This document shows positions 47,593-60,478 of a stretch of DNA of 64,000 bases, in pieces (position 1 is the first letter of the stretch; each line of letters opens with the position of its first letter). The notes below the pieces were generated by a model. The model did not search any database. It saw only the letters and a list, made by a program, of their open reading frames with translations, and was not told the origin of the DNA. Location of the stretch: the NCBI GenBank assembly GCA_028534125.1, contig CM052817.1, forward strand, positions 61,010,001 through 61,074,000, read 5' to 3'. Position numbers and translations under genes: made by a program. This stretch comes from Lama glama (lineage: Eukaryota).

Positions 47593-50500
47593 GCCCTCTA
47601 CAATCCCATCCAAAGAATTCTGGTTTCAATCATGAACTCCATTCTCATTGAATAGTATGTGTTCATCTTTTAAAATTATGCATATTAAACATTATCCCAG
47701 AAATCTTCTTCCTATAAATTGCGTGTCTTTGATTCTCTTCATAAATCACTTAGAACTCTTAAGACTTTGATTTGGAAGGGGCCTAGAATGAAGCAGAGAA
47801 GTGACAAGAAAGGGAAAACAGAAAGAAGATTGACATTTACCAGTGTAACTAATATTTATCAATCTTTGAGGATTGAAGACTGATGATTTTGTTCACTTTC
47901 ACTAACTGGGGAGAGAATATTGAGAATTGTTTGTAGTAGAGGATGTGCTGACTTTTCTGGAATTATAATTATTAACTACCTTAGCAGAAGTATACCCTGC
48001 TAATATACCCAATGCATGTGGGTATTTAAAATCCAGCCTACTGTGATGCATAAAATATCCCCTTACATTTGTGGATATTCTTTATTTTCCCCAAATTGCT
48101 TATCAATTATTTCTCCCAAACTGTGTGATCATACCATCATACATAACAAGAGAAAGGATAATAATAGTAACAGGGCACATGTCCAGAAGTAAAATAAATG
48201 CCTAAAAAGTAGCCTTAGGGCTGTGTTGCTTTACAAGCAATTTTAAACTGACTTGAATGCTGCACCAGTGAAAAATAGATCTATTTTTTGCAAGAAATTT
48301 AACAAAAGAAGCAAATAATAACATAAGTCATTACATAAAGTTTCTTTCAATCAAACAGGCCAACGTTAACGCTGAATTATCTATGTTAATACTTCTGATC
48401 AATAAGTCTTCTGCGTGTGATCTGCCACCAGGGGAAATCACGTTTATCTGAGTTTCAAGGTAAGATAGGGCTCCTCGCGGCAATCTCTTTTAATAGTGTC
48501 GTTACGCACTCAGGAAACATTTCAAACTAGAAACTTGGATAGACGTTTGAATTGAGGTTTTCCCAATAGTGGTGCTTTTGCAGTAACATAGTAGAGAACC
48601 TAATGGAACATAATGAAAAAGATCAATGACAGAATCAACAATTTCAGAAAAAGAGAGAAAACAATAATGTTCTCTTTGCTTATAAGTTCCCGCTTCACAG
48701 GACAAGCACTATAGAATGTCGGTAAGCACACACACTTTCGGCTTCAGAACAAAGAATAAACATCTAAAAAGGTAAAAATGAAAATGTGTGCTATTCTGCT
48801 GCAATGTGGCTGAGAGTTATAAAGGCCCTATGAACAATATTGAGTTTGTGGTGGCACAATCACATCACGAAAGATTTACCTTCACTCTGCAAACTCAATA
48901 TAGGGCAATAACAGTCTATTACAAGCAGAGCAATACAACATCAAAGGAATGTTTAAAAGAACCAGACAGAACCTTTAAATCAACACAATTGAGTTATCTT
49001 CCCCCAAAGGAAGCGCCATGGGAGAAATCATAGCAGGGTTTTTCAAGAGGTATTACTAATTTACCATAAGTTATATTTAATACACTTTTAAACGTGGTTT
49101 GTAATCTTTCTCCACTTTTTAGAACACAGAGCAATAAATTAAAAGAGAAAGAGTCCCCAAAGAGCAAGAGACTAGGAGAAAAAAAATGACAATAGTTTTA
49201 TTCTTCAGGGTTTAACATTTCAAATGATTTTTCCAGCTGAAAAGAGGCTGTCTGGGATCTCTCCTTTCCTGATTTCAATAAGATTCTTTAAATCTGAACT
49301 TGAAGGAATAGTAGTAAAGTTTTAACATTTATACTTATAAAATTAATTCTAATTTTCATTAAAATTCTGCTTAAAATAGCAGTATTAATCATAACACTTA
49401 GAAAAATAATAAGAAATTCTCTTTAGCACCTCCAATGTAGAAGTAAGCAATTTTATTCTGCTTTCTTACAACTGACATAAACATTTGAGAGGGTGAGTTT
49501 CTTATCCAGGTCACATCAAAAATGGTAGTAAAATTTACCATGGAGTAATGCTATTCATTGTTGGCAATTCTTAGACATTTTCTTAGCAGTTTACTGTTTC
49601 CACATACATTTCTCTTTTAAATTTATATAATAATGTGTTTAGTTTAATAAAGTTGATATAAGATATTTTTCTATGTATAAAAAGATGTTACTTTTCTACA
49701 TGTATAGCACACATTTTATTGTTATAAACTTTAGTCTAAATTCATGTGTTTGTATTTCCCATAAAGATAAAGGGAACAAGTGAGTATTACCAGAAGTCCT
49801 CATCATCTATTAATATCTGACATTTGCACACAAAGTCATACATTTTTATATGACACTAATAGAACTGCTCTTCCAATTCTTTCAAATATTTTTTACCTTT
49901 TGTTTAGCATTTTTGTTTTGGCTTAAGTAATCCTGATTTATATCAGAGACATATATGCAAAAAGGCTCTAAATTCTAGATAATTTGTGTCTATAATGGCT
50001 TCTCAGGACATGAATTTTTTAGTGCTGAAAACACACCCACAACAGGTGCATGAAACTGCCTGTAACACATGGCAGATGGGAAAGTACTAAGGTTTGTCCC
50101 TTTTGATATAGAATGGTTTTATTGGCATCACACTGTAAGATTTTATAATAAATCAGATTGTATATGGATTTATACTTATGTATCTGATGTTAGAAAATAT
50201 TTAATTCATGTTTATAATGCTTTTAATTTTATAACCAGCTTCCTAAATTTCTTTTCAATTGACCTTTATGTCAAGACTATTTCATTTGAAATTGCCCATT
50301 ACCAGATTTTCTTTTTCAGGTACTTGAGTTGTATCGCTCTGTTTCTTTTCTGAGGCATGTTCTTTTTTTAAAGCCCATGCAACTTATCCATACTAATATT
50401 GGGAATTTAAAGGCAAAATTCTGAACCATATTTGTTATACTCTTGCCTGGGTAGTAGAAACTAATTTCATCAGTTTTTATATACCCTGGGTAAGTTTTTC

Positions 50501-50789
50501 TGGAGTTCCATTATTTGAAGCAACTGCTGTCAATGTGATAGAATTTTCATATTTTATAGTGATGTGAATAGGATATGTATTCCCAACATGTGTCAACAGG
50601 TTTACAAAGGTTAGCTTGTTTATAATTGTCAAACCTGCTCCATTCAGATCACAACTAGGAATTCACATTTCCCCCCATTCATTCAACCAATTCTATCACT
50701 AAGATCCACTGTCCAACAAGAAGTTTTATGTCCTACGCAGTTCCAATGTCATAAAAACAACCACACTGACATTTGTTCACTGCCTGATG

Positions 50790-51010
50790 TCAGCACAGTG
50801 GTTAAAAGAATAGATACTCTGAAGTCAAACCTGACTTTGAAATTCTGCTCAACTACTTAATAGTTATGTGACTGTGCCTCAGTTTCCCTTCTACATAGAG
50901 ATAACAATAATATTTATAGGTTTCTGTAAGAATTAAATCAGATTTTGCTTATGAAATGCCTAGCACTATGGCATATAGTATGTCTTCATGAGATTCTAGC
51001 TATTCTTACT
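50790..51010 (+). mobile_element. MIR SINE
   Basis: GCACAGTGGTTAAAAG...CTCTGAAGTCAAACCTG...GTGCCTCAGTTTCCCTTCT. Confidence 0.75.
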
Positions 51011-52454
51011 GAAAAAACTGTGTTCAGAAATGCTCTGACACATTCTCATTAGTGCCATGAGTTTTATAAAGTTTACCCAACCATGGAACCTACTGGCTGT
51101 GATAAAACAAAATAAGAATGTTGACTCTTGTGCAGAGATTATAGAACCAACACCTGTTGCTAACAGTAGTGGGACTCATACCAAATATCAATGAATGAGT
51201 AACCACCCTAAACAGCTATCACAGTCATAAGGCAGTTGGTTCTACAGTCTAGACCTGTTTAAGAACTGAACCAAGTCACCTGCTGACTATAACAGCCATT
51301 CAGAGGAGTGATATAAAATTTAATGCTAGTGATTATCTCTTATGATATAACACCACGTGTATATTGCCTTCCAAGTCTTGCTTAAAGGACATTTTAGAAA
51401 TGATACTCGGAAGTGCTGCAGCAATGGGGCAGACGCACCAGCCATTTTCACTAAGTCACGGCCTGTAAAAAAAGGAACAACTGCATTTCGATGGCATCTA
51501 GCACATCAGTATTTTTAATTAAGGTAGAGAGGGAAATACAACTATTGTCAGAAAGAGACAATTCATGGCAAACTTGGACTAACAGAAATTTTGAAAAAAT
51601 AGATCATACTCTTTCAACACCGAAGCTTAAAAAAATTACAATAAATGTCTTACAAAGGTTTTACTAATTTTATTTCAATATTTAGTATTGACCAACTTTA
51701 TGCTTGAATTTTATTTGGGAATATTGTTTCTTCTCGACAGGTATGTCCCTTTTTGTCCTTAACCACTTCCTAGAAAGTGGCAAAAGTAAACCATCCTTTC
51801 ACTATTTCCTGGTTGACTTCCATAGCTTCAGAGAAGAAATTCTTCTACTGAAGTAGACTTTTGACAATCAAATTAAGAGCTTCGGACAGAAAAAAAGCAG
51901 TGTGTATTTGAAAGTCAAATTGGACCTAAAAAGTTGGTGAAATAGCCCTGAAAGAACCTCGTTCACCGTCTGTGCATTTGCAACACTCAAGAATGGGCTC
52001 CAAGAGTCCTGTTTTGCTATATGCCACTCCTGTGGCCCATGCGAGGCATACTCCTGTGATGAGGGGTCATTACTTCTAAACGTGGTCATGTCACTGTGTG
52101 CTAGCCATTAATGGACAGTACCATAAACCAAATCAGTAATTTCACATTACCACTTGAAAATCAAGCTTCCTAGTGGTGATTATACCATAACAATAAAATA
52201 AATCTAGGGTGCTAGAGCTGAACTCTTCCTCTTATATTGCTTTTCAAAGTGTTAAACAAATTAAGCAAAAAAGCTAAAAGCATTCTAAATTACCTATATA
52301 TTTATTTTTCAATATTTTTATATTAAAGCTTTATATCTTTTGTGAACATTCAGAATAATAAAGTTAAGCTGATTTAATGATATCACAGCTCAATTAAGTA
52401 AAATCTCAGGATATCTTCCATCTTACAAGTTTATTAAAAATAGCTCTCTTGGTA

Positions 52455-53772
52455 TATACCCAGCACTAGACCCAGATTTTGGTCTCTAATACCATTTGCA
52501 CTAAGAAATCAGGGCTCCATGGAGAAATGGCTGAGTCCAGAGCTGGCACAGGAAATACACAAGAAGAGCCTAGAACAGCTTGCGAGGCAAGAAGTAAGGA
52601 TGTGCTAAAATAAAATAAATAATGGAGTATGTTACAAATGCTAGAGAGATAACTTGAAGGTATTCCACTAGTCAAATGAAGGACAACTTGAACACAAAAT
52701 AACTAAGTACGCTAATGAATTATAAACAATTCCAAAAAATTGGAAATCATGATTCATATCAATAATAAATAGGTTAAGAAGGAGAGAAAGGAGTTGATTC
52801 TTGATTCTATTAAAATGTTAAACACCAACTGATAAATGAGGAAGAAGTGCAGGAGTTGGAAAAAAATCAGCATTAGGTAGTCATAGTAAAGACTGGATCA
52901 GGCAAGAATCATCAATAGATAATATATACAGGGAGAAACTTTGATGAAGAGCACATTATTTGCATAATCTTAAAGGGTCTCACCATAGATTGCTTATTAG
53001 TTCCAAGGGGAAAATAATAATTATACAGTGGAGAAATGAGACAATACATTGATTGGGTGATCAAAATTAACATTACCAGTGAGGAGTATACAGACATCAT
53101 ATGCCTTTAGATGTGATACCCTGAGAAGGCCATAACATCACCTATGGAGCATTCTGAGCAAAAAGACTTAGAGAATCCAAGCATAAGTTAGTATTAGACA
53201 AATGCCAAATGAGGAACAAACATTCTTTAAAAAATAAAAGATGGGAGATCGTAGTCTTCAAAAATGTCAGTAGCATAAAAAAAAAAACAAAGCAAGGTTA
53301 TGGAAATATTCTGGATTTTAAAAGACTACAAGTACATCACAACTAAATGCAATATCACATTCTAGAGCAGATCCTCACCTGGAGAGGGAAAAGGTATTTT
53401 ATCAGTTTCTAAAACTGAAATTACAAGGATGGTAGGTTGGATAAAGGCATTCCAACAATCTTAAATTTACTGAAGTTGTTAACTGAACTGCGATTATGTA
53501 ACAGAATGTCTCTATTCTTAAGAAATATCCACAGAAATATTAAGGAGTAAAGGACCATGGTACATATAACTACTATAAAATTCTTCAAAATTTATGTGTA
53601 TGCATGTGCAGAAAGATGGTGAGAGAGAATTTGAGCCAACGATTAATCAAATGAGGTAAAATAATGATGAGTGAATCTGAGTAACATGTATCAGAATGTT
53701 ATTTGAACTATACTTATTCTTGCAACTTTTCTGAAAGCTTGAAATTATTTCCAAATAGAAAGTTAAAAAAAA
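52455..53772 (+). mobile_element. Ancient L1 (L1MC-type) 3' UTR
   Basis: ACCCAGATTTTGGTCTCTAATACCAT, CAGGGCTCCATGGAGAAATGGCTGAGTCCAG and GGGTGATCAAAATTAACATTACCAGTGAGG, ending TTGAAATTATTTCCAAATAGAAAGTTAAAAAAAA. Confidence 0.88.
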
Positions 53773-55329
53773 ACAACTCTGCTGAAGCAGCATATACAAA
53801 AAGAAAAGCATTTCTTTTCCCACTGGCAAATTTACTCTAGAATGTAATGGAGTATGCCTAAAGCCATTATACCGAAAACTAGGAATTATTGTGTGGCCAC
53901 ATCTCAGGTTGAACCTGATTCCGATTAATGTAGCAGGCAGTCTTGGTAGTTAACTAAACTGTCTTCAAATCAAAGGCAATGTAGTACAGGTCATGGGATT
54001 GGGTTAACTGTAAAAAGCCTCATTCTTAAGTCCCTAGGTGATACCTGACACACTCAAGCACTAACTTTGTAAGCTTGGGTACAGAAGATAAGCAAAAAAT
54101 CACACAGTGGTTCCTTTGCATTTGGCCCAGCAGCCAACTTTAAAAGGACAAACAGGCTGTACTGCATAGAAGGTGAAATGCTTAAATGTCAGAGAAGCAT
54201 TGTTAGGACCTATCTGTATGCACAGAAACTATCATGTGTTCCAAAAAGAAGAGAGTACATTTCATGAAGGGAAATGAGAATAAAAGAGTGTATCCTGTTT
54301 TACCATTCCCAGAAGACACCAAAAAAAAAATCTTTTAACAATTTAAATGTCATTGACTTTACTGACCCATGATTGTGTCAACCTCAAAACCCAGGGAAAA
54401 TATACAAAGTGTTTACATATTTCTCAGCGAGGGCACAACAAGGAAGCCAATCGGCATTAGTCTTCACTTTTAAAGGTGGCATCTACTTTCTAATAAATTT
54501 CAGTACATCATTAAGAGCTATAAATCTTGACTGATTCTTTTGTCTTCTTATATGCTCTTCCCTACAGGCTTTTATGAAAGACTGGTGAAAGATTTATTTT
54601 ATCTAAAAACACATTAGCTAAATAAAGCTTTGTTTTTTGCTTGCTTACAGATAATTTTTTGGCTTTTATTCACCTTTTACAGTATATTTCCTGCCAAAAA
54701 GGAATTATTTAGCTGAAATTATTTGTAAAATAAATTGATTATTATACGGTGATGAATAATTGATTTTTGTCTTTTTCACAATAAATTGTGATTCTTTGGA
54801 TGAGATTGATAAGCTGTTCAAACTCAAGTGGAATTAATAGGGAGAAGTTTTAAATAACTGAGAGTTGAATTGTCAGAAATTGGATGAAGAATACTGACAT
54901 TCAGAGGAGAGGAGTTCTCCGGTTTGCTTGGATTGGGTGGCTCAGTACTTTGACAAAATCTTACGTACCCCTTTGTACCAGTTCTGTGTCATTTCTGAAG
55001 TATTTCTCACTTATAAAGCTCTTTGTTCAAAACGGCAGGCTTCTTTCTATATTATCTTATGTGTTTGTTTGTTTGTTTTTAATGAGTGAGGAGATGGCAG
55101 TTTGATCAATTCAATGAGCAGAGATGAAAGACAAGAAAAGTTAAGGTCTTAAATTGTAATCTTCTCTATTAAAAATAGGTGGGGGGGGAGTTCCTGTAGG
55201 GAATATCTCTTCATTTCTTTAGATTTGTTTACTCTTATTTAAAACTTATGAAACATAAAGAATTAAATTGTTAAAAGAGACAAACTATTCACATGAGTTT
55301 CACTTCAATAATAAGCAAATCCTAGGGAA

Positions 55330-55522
55330 TATGGATCTCTGAGTCAGAACTCCCACCTTTGTAGTTAGGTTTCCCTGGGCAAGTTACTTTGCCTCATTAA
55401 GTCCCAGATTCTCAGTTTGTAAAGTGGCGATAAAGAAGTACTTGCCTCATATATTTCTGAAAAAACTAATTGGGATAATTAATAGGGCCTGGTAAATAGT
55501 AAGTGTGAACAGACATTAGTTA
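55330..55522 (+). mobile_element. MIR SINE
   Basis: CTGGGCAAGTTACTTTGCCTC...CTCAGTTTGTAAAGTGGCGATAAAGAAGTACTTGCCTCATA. Confidence 0.7.
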
Positions 55523-55809
55523 TTGGTGTTTTCGCCTCAGTTATATGAAAAGCATTCTGTTGACCGTCCATCAGTCATGGTGATAAATCTGCTTACGCAA
55601 CCTGAACTGTTCTTTCAAGACCCCTTGTCCCATAATTGTGTCCTCATTTTTCCCAGGTGCTATTGCAGAGTCCCTAATACCTTTGAGGATTATAAGTTTA
55701 CAGGTCTGGTTCTTCCTACCAGGATAACAAGCTCCTTCAGTGCAGAGATGATGTCTGTTTTGGCTTCGGATCTTAGAACAGAGGCCAGCCCACACTCAAC
55801 CCAGAACTT

Positions 55810-56072
55810 GTTACTGTTTATTAGGCACTTACCAGTGCTAGGCCCTGCCAAGCGCCTAACCTATGCTATCTCAGGCTTAAATGACTGTTATCTCATTCTG
55901 ACTCTATGAGGTGGGGAGCATTACAGGATGACCTTAATTTACAGATGAGGAAACTGAGACAATAAGAAGTTGAAAATTAGATGAAGGTCACATAGTAATA
56001 AGTGAAGCAGCTGATCTGATGCTAGGGTGTCTTTCCAGAGAGCCTGAACACTTACCATCTTGCAAACTGCCT
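55810..56072 (-). mobile_element. MIR SINE
   Basis: CTCTATGAGGTGGG...TTTACAGATGAGGAAACTGAGAC...AAGGTCACATAGTAATAAGTGAAGCAGCTG. Confidence 0.8.
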
Positions 56073-56339
56073 CTTAGGGGATGTACAATATATATATTCA
56101 GACATACTCTTCTTCTTAGACAAATGATAAGATCTTAGGCAAATGGTATGTTATAACCAGCAAACCGTGTGAAACCGGGACATATGTTCGTACTTTGTTC
56201 TAAGCAGAATAAGACAAAAGAGTGCTCTTCCAACTAGATTAAGTAGAGAGTATTTCTTAATCCTAAATGAGAAAATTGAGTCCCAGGAGTGAAGCTACCT
56301 ATGTAAAATCATTCATTTGATTCTAGTTAACTATCTCCT

Positions 56340-56503
56340 AGTCCAGGAATTCTCAAACTTTAACATGCATCAGAATTACATAGAGGACTTGTTAAAACAC
56401 AGATATGGAAACCCCATCCCCAGAGTTTCTTATTCAGTATGTCCGGGATATTTGAATTTCTAATAATACTAATCTGGAGACTACTCTGAAAAGTTCTGTC
56501 CTA
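56340..56503. mobile_element. MER5A-like MITE
   Basis: TTCTCAAACTTTAACATGCATCAGAATTACATAGAGGACTTGTTAAAACACAGAT...CCCCATCCCCAGAGTTTCTTATTCAGTA. Confidence 0.8.
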
Positions 56504-57538
56504 GTACAAAGCTCAACTTCCAGTCCTATACTATGTGCGTTCACAATCCCTTGGCTCATTACCTGAAGTCACATGATATTTGTAAATTGTTTTCTTATGC
56601 AGTTATGCAGCCTGGCACCACAGATACCTGATCATGATTTCTATTTATAAATTTGGGAAATAGCATTTCAAGGATTGACATCAGTATCACGGTGGAATGA
56701 GATGCTCCCTTGTCTCTCCCCTTCAATCTACAACTAATAAAACATCCATAATTCAACAAAGGTTCGTTCCTCTGCCCAACATACTAGCACACAGAAAGAG
56801 CCACACATCTGTACATTTGAACTGTCGGGTGAGGGGGAGGGACTGGAACACACAGAGGAGGTGAAAATGGGGGAACTGAAGAGCATGCTGTAGTGGCTGA
56901 GCCCACAGTCCCAGAGAACCTGGTAGCACCAAGAAAGGGAGTGCATGTGACTCCAGCCTCCCTGCCACAGCAGCACCTTCAGCCTCCAGGCAGCACTGGT
57001 GGCAGGACTCATCTCTCCAGTTGCAGCAGCAGCCACAGCTCCAGCCTCCTGGCCCTCACCTACAGTGGTAGCACCCACAAATGTGATAATCTCAGATGTG
57101 GCAGAGGTCCCCACAGCCCTGCCTCCCCACCCTACCCTCCACAACCCTCCACCATGGAGGGGTGCCCAGGGCCCAGGCAACCCCAGATGTCACAAGGCAC
57201 CCACCATTCCAGCGTCCCAGGTGTCAACAACAGCAATAGCAGCAACACCAGCAGCACCAAGGCACCAGCTACCTTGGAGGCACAAGTAGCAACAACAAGG
57301 GCACCACAACCTCCAGCAGAAATGGTGCTGGGTGAGAAGTGCCAATTCTTAGATACAGCCAGAGGTAGCACAGGTAGGGGGAAAAAACTTGTGCTATAGT
57401 GCCACCTACTGAAAAAAGAAAGGCCTCTAATTACCAATCTGCTGAATTGTTAGAATCAAATGAAAAAAAGTTCTACCTAAATAAGAAAGATGTTCACTAC
57501 TTCAAATGTGCCAGCAGAGGAACAACTCATCAAGCACC

Positions 57539-58490
57539 ATGAAAAACCGTGACAACACAAAAAACAACAATTTTCCAGAAACCAAACTTAAAGTCACAGA
57601 ATAAATGATCTAGCTGATAAAGAATTCAAAACAGCTGTAATGGAGAAACTCAATGAGCTACAAGAAAACTCAGAAAGCCAGTTCAATGAGTTCAGGAATA
57701 AAATTAATGAATAGAAGAAATACTTTATCAAAGAGATTGAAACTCTAAGAAAGAACCAAACAAATTCTGAAACTAAAGAACTCAATAAATGAGATGAAAA
57801 ATGCATTAGAACTCATTCAAAATGGAGCAGACCATATGGAAGAGAGAATCAGTGTGCTCAAAGATAGAAATCTAGAAATGATTCAGGTAGAAGAGGAAAG
57901 AAAACTAAGATATTTAAAAGATGAAGAATTTCTACAAGAATTGTCTGACTCCATTAGGAAAGGCAACACAAGGATAATGGTTATTCCAGAAGAAGAAGAG
58001 AGGGAGAAGGGAGCAGAAAGTTTATTTAAAGAAATAATAGCTGAAAACTTTCCAAACCTGGAGAAGAAACCTGATACACAAGTTTACAAAACTACAAGAA
58101 CACCTGATTATCTCAACACAAAAAGAACTTCTCTAAGACCCATTATATTAAAACTGTCAAAAGTCAGTGATAAAGAAAGAATTTTAAAGGCAGCCAGGGG
58201 AAAAAATCAGCAGTCTAAAAAGTAACCTACATTAAGCTATAAGCAAATTTCTTAGCAGAAACTCTACAGGCCAAGAGAGAGTGGAATGATAAACTCCAAA
58301 TATTGAAAAGTAAAAAGTGTCAGCCAAGAATACTCTATCCAGCAAAATTATCCTTCAGATATGAAGGAGAAATAAAGGGCTTCCCAGAGAAACAAAAACT
58401 GAGGAAGTTCATTACTACTAGACTGCCTTACAAGAATTGTTGAAAGGAGATCTTCTACTCAAAATAAAAAGGCAAAAGTACACAAAATCT
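57539..58490 (+). pseudogene. Decayed L1 ORF1p reading frame
   Basis: ORF 57794-58225 gives ...EERISVLKDR...DSIRKGNTRIMVIPEEEEREKGAESLFKEIIAENFPNL..., which is the L1 ORF1p coiled-coil/RRM region. Stops and frameshifts lie on both sides. Confidence 0.9.
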
Positions 58491-59773
58491 TGAGTAAGAT
58501 GATAAACAGAATCAGATATTGCAACTCTATATAAGAATAGCTTCTTAAACATTAGTTACAGCATAGGGGCTAAAGGGAAAAAAGCAAAAATAACTAGAGC
58601 TACTTCAATTAGGTAACAAACCCACAACATAAAAAAGGGATAAACTGTGATGACAAATACATAAAAAAGGAAAAAGAAAAGGATGAAACTTATATAGACA
58701 AATGGAGATAAGATGCTATCAGCAGAAAAAGGACTATTTTATCTATGAGACCTTTTATAAAAACCTCATGGTAACCACAAAACGTAAATGTAGAGCAGAG
58801 ACACAAAACATAAAAAGAGAAAACTGAGAAAAACATCATGGAAAACCACCAAACTAAAATAGCAGACAGAAACAGATGGAAAAACCAACAATGGAGATAC
58901 AGAGCAACCAGAAACAAAGGCTAAAAGGCAGTACTAAGTCCTCATTTATTAATAATTACCCTAAATGTAAATGGACTGAATACACTGGTCAAAAGACACA
59001 CAGAGACTGGATTGATCAAGAAAGAAGACCCAACTACATGCTGCCTCTGGGAGATTCAGCTCTAAAGACAAACATAGGCTCAAAGTGAAGGAATGGAAGA
59101 TGATACTCCAAGCAAATGACAGCCAGAAGAAAGTGGGTGCAGCCATACCAGACAAAACAGACTTCAAGAAAAAGGTAGCAAGGGACAAAGACTGACATTA
59201 TATGATGAAAAGGGGACCATTCATCAAGAAGCCATAACACTTATTAATATATATACACCTAATACAGAAGCACCAAAATACATAAAGCAATTATTAACAG
59301 ACCTAAAACAAGAAATTGACAGCAACACAATAATAGCAGGGGACTTTAACACCTCATTTACATTTACATGGATAGATTATTGAGACAGAAGGTCAACAAA
59401 GAAACCATGGCCTTCAATGAAACATTAAACCATAGAAGTAAAACTGTCACAATTTTGAGATAACATGATTTTACATATAGAAGACCTTGAAGATTTTACA
59501 CACACACACACCCCTTATTAGAACTAAGAAAGAAATTTAGTAAAGTTGCAGGGTACAAAATCAATACGCAAAAATCTGCCATATTTCTACACACTAAAGA
59601 TGAGCTAGTAGTAAGAAAAATTGAGAAAACAACCTTATTTACAGTCACAACAAAAAGGATTAAAATATTTAGTAATAAATTTAATCAAGGAAGTGAAAGA
59701 CTTACACACTGCAAACTGTAAGAAATTACTGAAAAAAATTAGAGAAGACACAAAGAAGTCAAAAGATATTCTG

Positions 59774-60239
59774 AAATATTACTCAACCACAAAGAAAAAT
59801 GAAATAATGCCATTTGCAGCGACATGGATGGACCTACAGATTATCATACTAAGTGAAGCAAGTCAGAGAGAAAAAGACAAATACCGTATGATATCACTTA
59901 CATGTACAATCTAAAAAAGGATACAAATAAAATCATCTACAAAACAGGACAGATTCACAAACACAGAAAAGAAACTTATGTTTACCAAAAAGGAAACAAA
60001 AGGGAGGGATAAATTTGGAATTTGGGATTAACAGATACAGACTACTATATAAAAAATAGATAAACAATAAGGACCTATTGTACAGCACAAGGAACTAACT
60101 ATATTTGATATCTTGTAATAACCTATAATGAAAAAGAATCTGAGAAAGAATAGCAATATATATATGTGTGTATAAATGAATCACTTTGCTGTACACTTGA
60201 AACATTGTAAATCAATTATATGTCAATAAAAAATATTTT
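59774..60239 (+). mobile_element. Younger L1 3' end nested in the ORF2 of the older L1
   Basis: GAAATAATGCCATTTGCAGCGACATGGATGGACCTA...TGTCAATAAAAAA. TSD AAGATA[T/G]TCTG at 59763-59773 and 60240-60250. The host reading frame resumes as CSWIERINIV. Confidence 0.92.
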
Positions 60240-60346
60240 AAGATAGTCTGTGCTCATGGATTGAAAGAATTAACATTGTCAAAAATGTCCATATTACCTA
60301 AAGCAATTACCGTTTCAATGTGATCCCTAACAAAATCCCAATGATA

Positions 60347-60478
60347 GGAGGTAGGATATAGCTCAGTGGTAGAGTGCATGCCTAGCATGCATGAGGTCCT
60401 GGGTTCAATCCCCAGTACCTCCATTAAATAAATAAATAAATAAATAAATCTGATTACTTCCCCCATCTCCCCCCCAAA
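60347..60478 (+). mobile_element. tRNA-Ala-derived Vic-1-type SINE, long form
   Basis: TAGCTCAGTGGTAGAGTGCATGCCTAGCATGCATGAGGTCCTGGGTTCAATCCCCAGTACCTCCA, then (TAAA)n, a C-rich tail and an A run. 15-bp TSD AAAA[T/C]CCCAATGATA at 60332-60346 and 60479-60493. Confidence 0.92.

Noticed and set aside
48424..48437. CTCF site GCCACCAGGGGAAA
   Set aside because: It lacks the GGC at the 3' end of the core, so the match is weak.
56734..57437. Overlapping long ORFs rich in Ser/Ala/Pro
   Set aside because: They lie in the GC-rich, stop-poor L1 5' UTR and resemble no protein I recognise.
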